Origin: Takakia lepidozioides
Lineage: Eukaryota; Plantae; Bryophyta
Direction: 5' to 3'
NCBI GenBank assembly: GCA_030704615.1
Contig: CM060734.1
Coordinates: forward strand, 14,942,001 to 15,006,000
Length of the DNA: 64,000 nucleotides
This document shows, piece by piece, positions 62,301 to 64,000 of the stretch; the stretch's first letter is position 1; each line of letters starts with the position of its first letter. A program made the position numbers and the translations under genes. The notes below the pieces were generated by a model. That model had not been told where the DNA came from and made no database searches. It saw nothing but the letters and a program-made list of their open reading frames with translations.

Positions 62301-64000
62301 TTGCCTCAGTCTGAATTGGAAACTGGTCAGAGGTGCCCAACCTTCAACGAGATTTTCACACATGGAACATAAACCCCATGCAACTGTTATGTTGTTGGTC
62401 TTGAACTCTTTCCAGGTTTGATACTTAGCAGTCGTCCATCATGGTGAATTCTCCTGAGACCTACTCAAGGCTGTGAAATGTTGCTAGAAGCCGTCTCTAC
62501 ACGATTTGGTCACTTCCTCTGCTGAAATTGCGAACCTATAAAAGCTAAATCCTTCACCCGACTGGAGTTCCTCTGTAGAAAGAAATTTAGTACATCCTAG
62601 CTGAAACCCATCAATGAAATTCAGAGAGACACAGAAAGAAAGAACAAACCTTTATGATGTCCACAGGAAACTTAAGAGCTTATGGACGAATCAGAGAGAA
62701 ATAGAGAGAGAGAACAGCTTACAATATCAGGAGCTAACTGCTGCTGCTGCTCCAAGGAAACCATCCAGTTTGGCTTGGTCAATGTACTTTTGTGTTCTTG
62801 ATTTGCATGAAGAGCTGAGGACCAGGTGCGGCATGATAAGTGGCCCCTACCAAACAGAGGCTGCTCATAAATTACAATCTGCCAATGACCCCTACCCTTT
62901 GTTAGCAGATGTGAAATTCAAATGTCCAGAATGCTCGAGACTGCAGCCTGCCTGGTTATGATGCAATGCCTAGTAGTTGTAGACTGTCCAAGCATATATG
63001 CAGTTTCCTACCAACTCTTGTAGCTGGCCACTTACATGAGTGTCGACAGTATAGTGAGTTCCTTTGACTGCCACATAACACACCCTTGGCCAACAGCCAC
63101 CAGGCTGTGCCCTACTGGCTGTCACAGCTGCCCACACAGAAAGATTCCTCTTGCACTCATTGGTGAAAACACAAGCACACCTGCTTCCCTCACTGGGAAT
63201 GGCATTACAGTGTATTACTCCAAATGAGCAGGACAGTAGCCCACTTCTATCCCTGCCACCACATTTCTCATCACTGTCATCAGAGGTGCAGACAGGCAGG
63301 TACTGCCCCACCAAATACGGGGCATAGGCTGTTGCAGTTGGCAGCTGGCTCTCCAATCTTTTCTCTGCCTTATTCAGAACTGCCTCCAATGTCTGCACAC
63401 ATGGAGAGCGTGGATGCATTCAGAAAACCCTCAATCCAACCTTTATTACCAGGACCCTCAAAAGCATTGATGACAAGCGTACACCATATCCTTCCAATGA
63501 CCGTGCACGCTTGCCCAAGACAGCAACTTGGGCATAGCATTGGCAATACAATCTCTCACGAGAAAGCATTGCTACTGGGCCTCTCAGGAAAAAGCCGCAC
63601 ATAAAGGTGCATCATTGCTATGTGGTGGATAGGCAGGTGGTATCACTAATGGTTGCATCCGCACCAAAACCTCTTCAAACCCACTTTTTGCGCCTCACAC
63701 TCTCACACATGCTCCTCCAGCCCGTTCTCAAGACAGAGCCGAATATTATCACGCCATCTCTTTGTAATAAAAACCCACAATTCCGAAAACGGCTCATCAG
63801 TGGACATTGGAGAACAGAAAGGAACTGCAGCCCCGAATGCCCCGGCCTATTCTAACCAGCACAATGAGATAAAGGGAAAAAAAACACCTGGATTGATGCA
63901 GCGGAAGGCACAGGACATGCGGCCGCAACAATAACATCAACGCAAGTGTTGGTGGAGGGGGAGGCCCAGCCTAGCAGCGCCATTGGTCCCACTGGGTAGG
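59306..64000 (-). CDS. PIGQ: Phosphatidylinositol N-acetylglucosaminyltransferase subunit Q (GPI1/PIG-Q); multi-exon, 5' end outside the window
   Basis: WLMGVPAGFKLNDEL, LWRLFR|GRKRNPLRGRLDTYD..QLVVGSLMFTPLLLLLPTT (Gpi1 domain); N-terminal LLGW..DVIVAA exon at 63888-64000; GT-AG junctions. Exact exon set and stop codon not fully resolved. Confidence 0.88.

Overview
Eukaryotic, repeat-dense DNA from a non-seed land plant, probably a moss (inferred from PLS-PPR fragments, spliced genes and TE types). About 56 kb is nested transposons, followed by an AP-1 mu gene relic and the 3' part of a spliced PIG-Q/GPI1 gene (minus strand, runs off the right end). Main points: (1) A young Ty3/Gypsy element (45837-56298, minus strand, 4-bp TSD ACCC) has a circularly permuted ('split') LTR structure: B-internal-A.B-A. 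Its true termini (TGTC...GACA) come from an internal palindrome GACAGCTGTC in the LTR, as expected if a 2-LTR circle were cut inside an LTR and integrated. A second independent copy ends at the same nucleotide (27512). The element has a self-priming-type PBS and encodes Gag, protease, a DNMT3-like C5-methyltransferase and an integrase with a PHD finger; RT is deleted. (2) Several decayed large MULE-like DNA elements (GCM-like + DDE + SWIM transposase) sit beside a spliced ParB/Srx-like gene. One copy is fused to a beta-class N4C/N6A-methyltransferase-like domain. Each gene set is accompanied by its own array of short palindromes. (3) A Pack-CACTA element with 32-bp perfect TIRs and an ACT TSD carries PPR fragments. 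Protein calls are by motif recognition only; no database searches were run.
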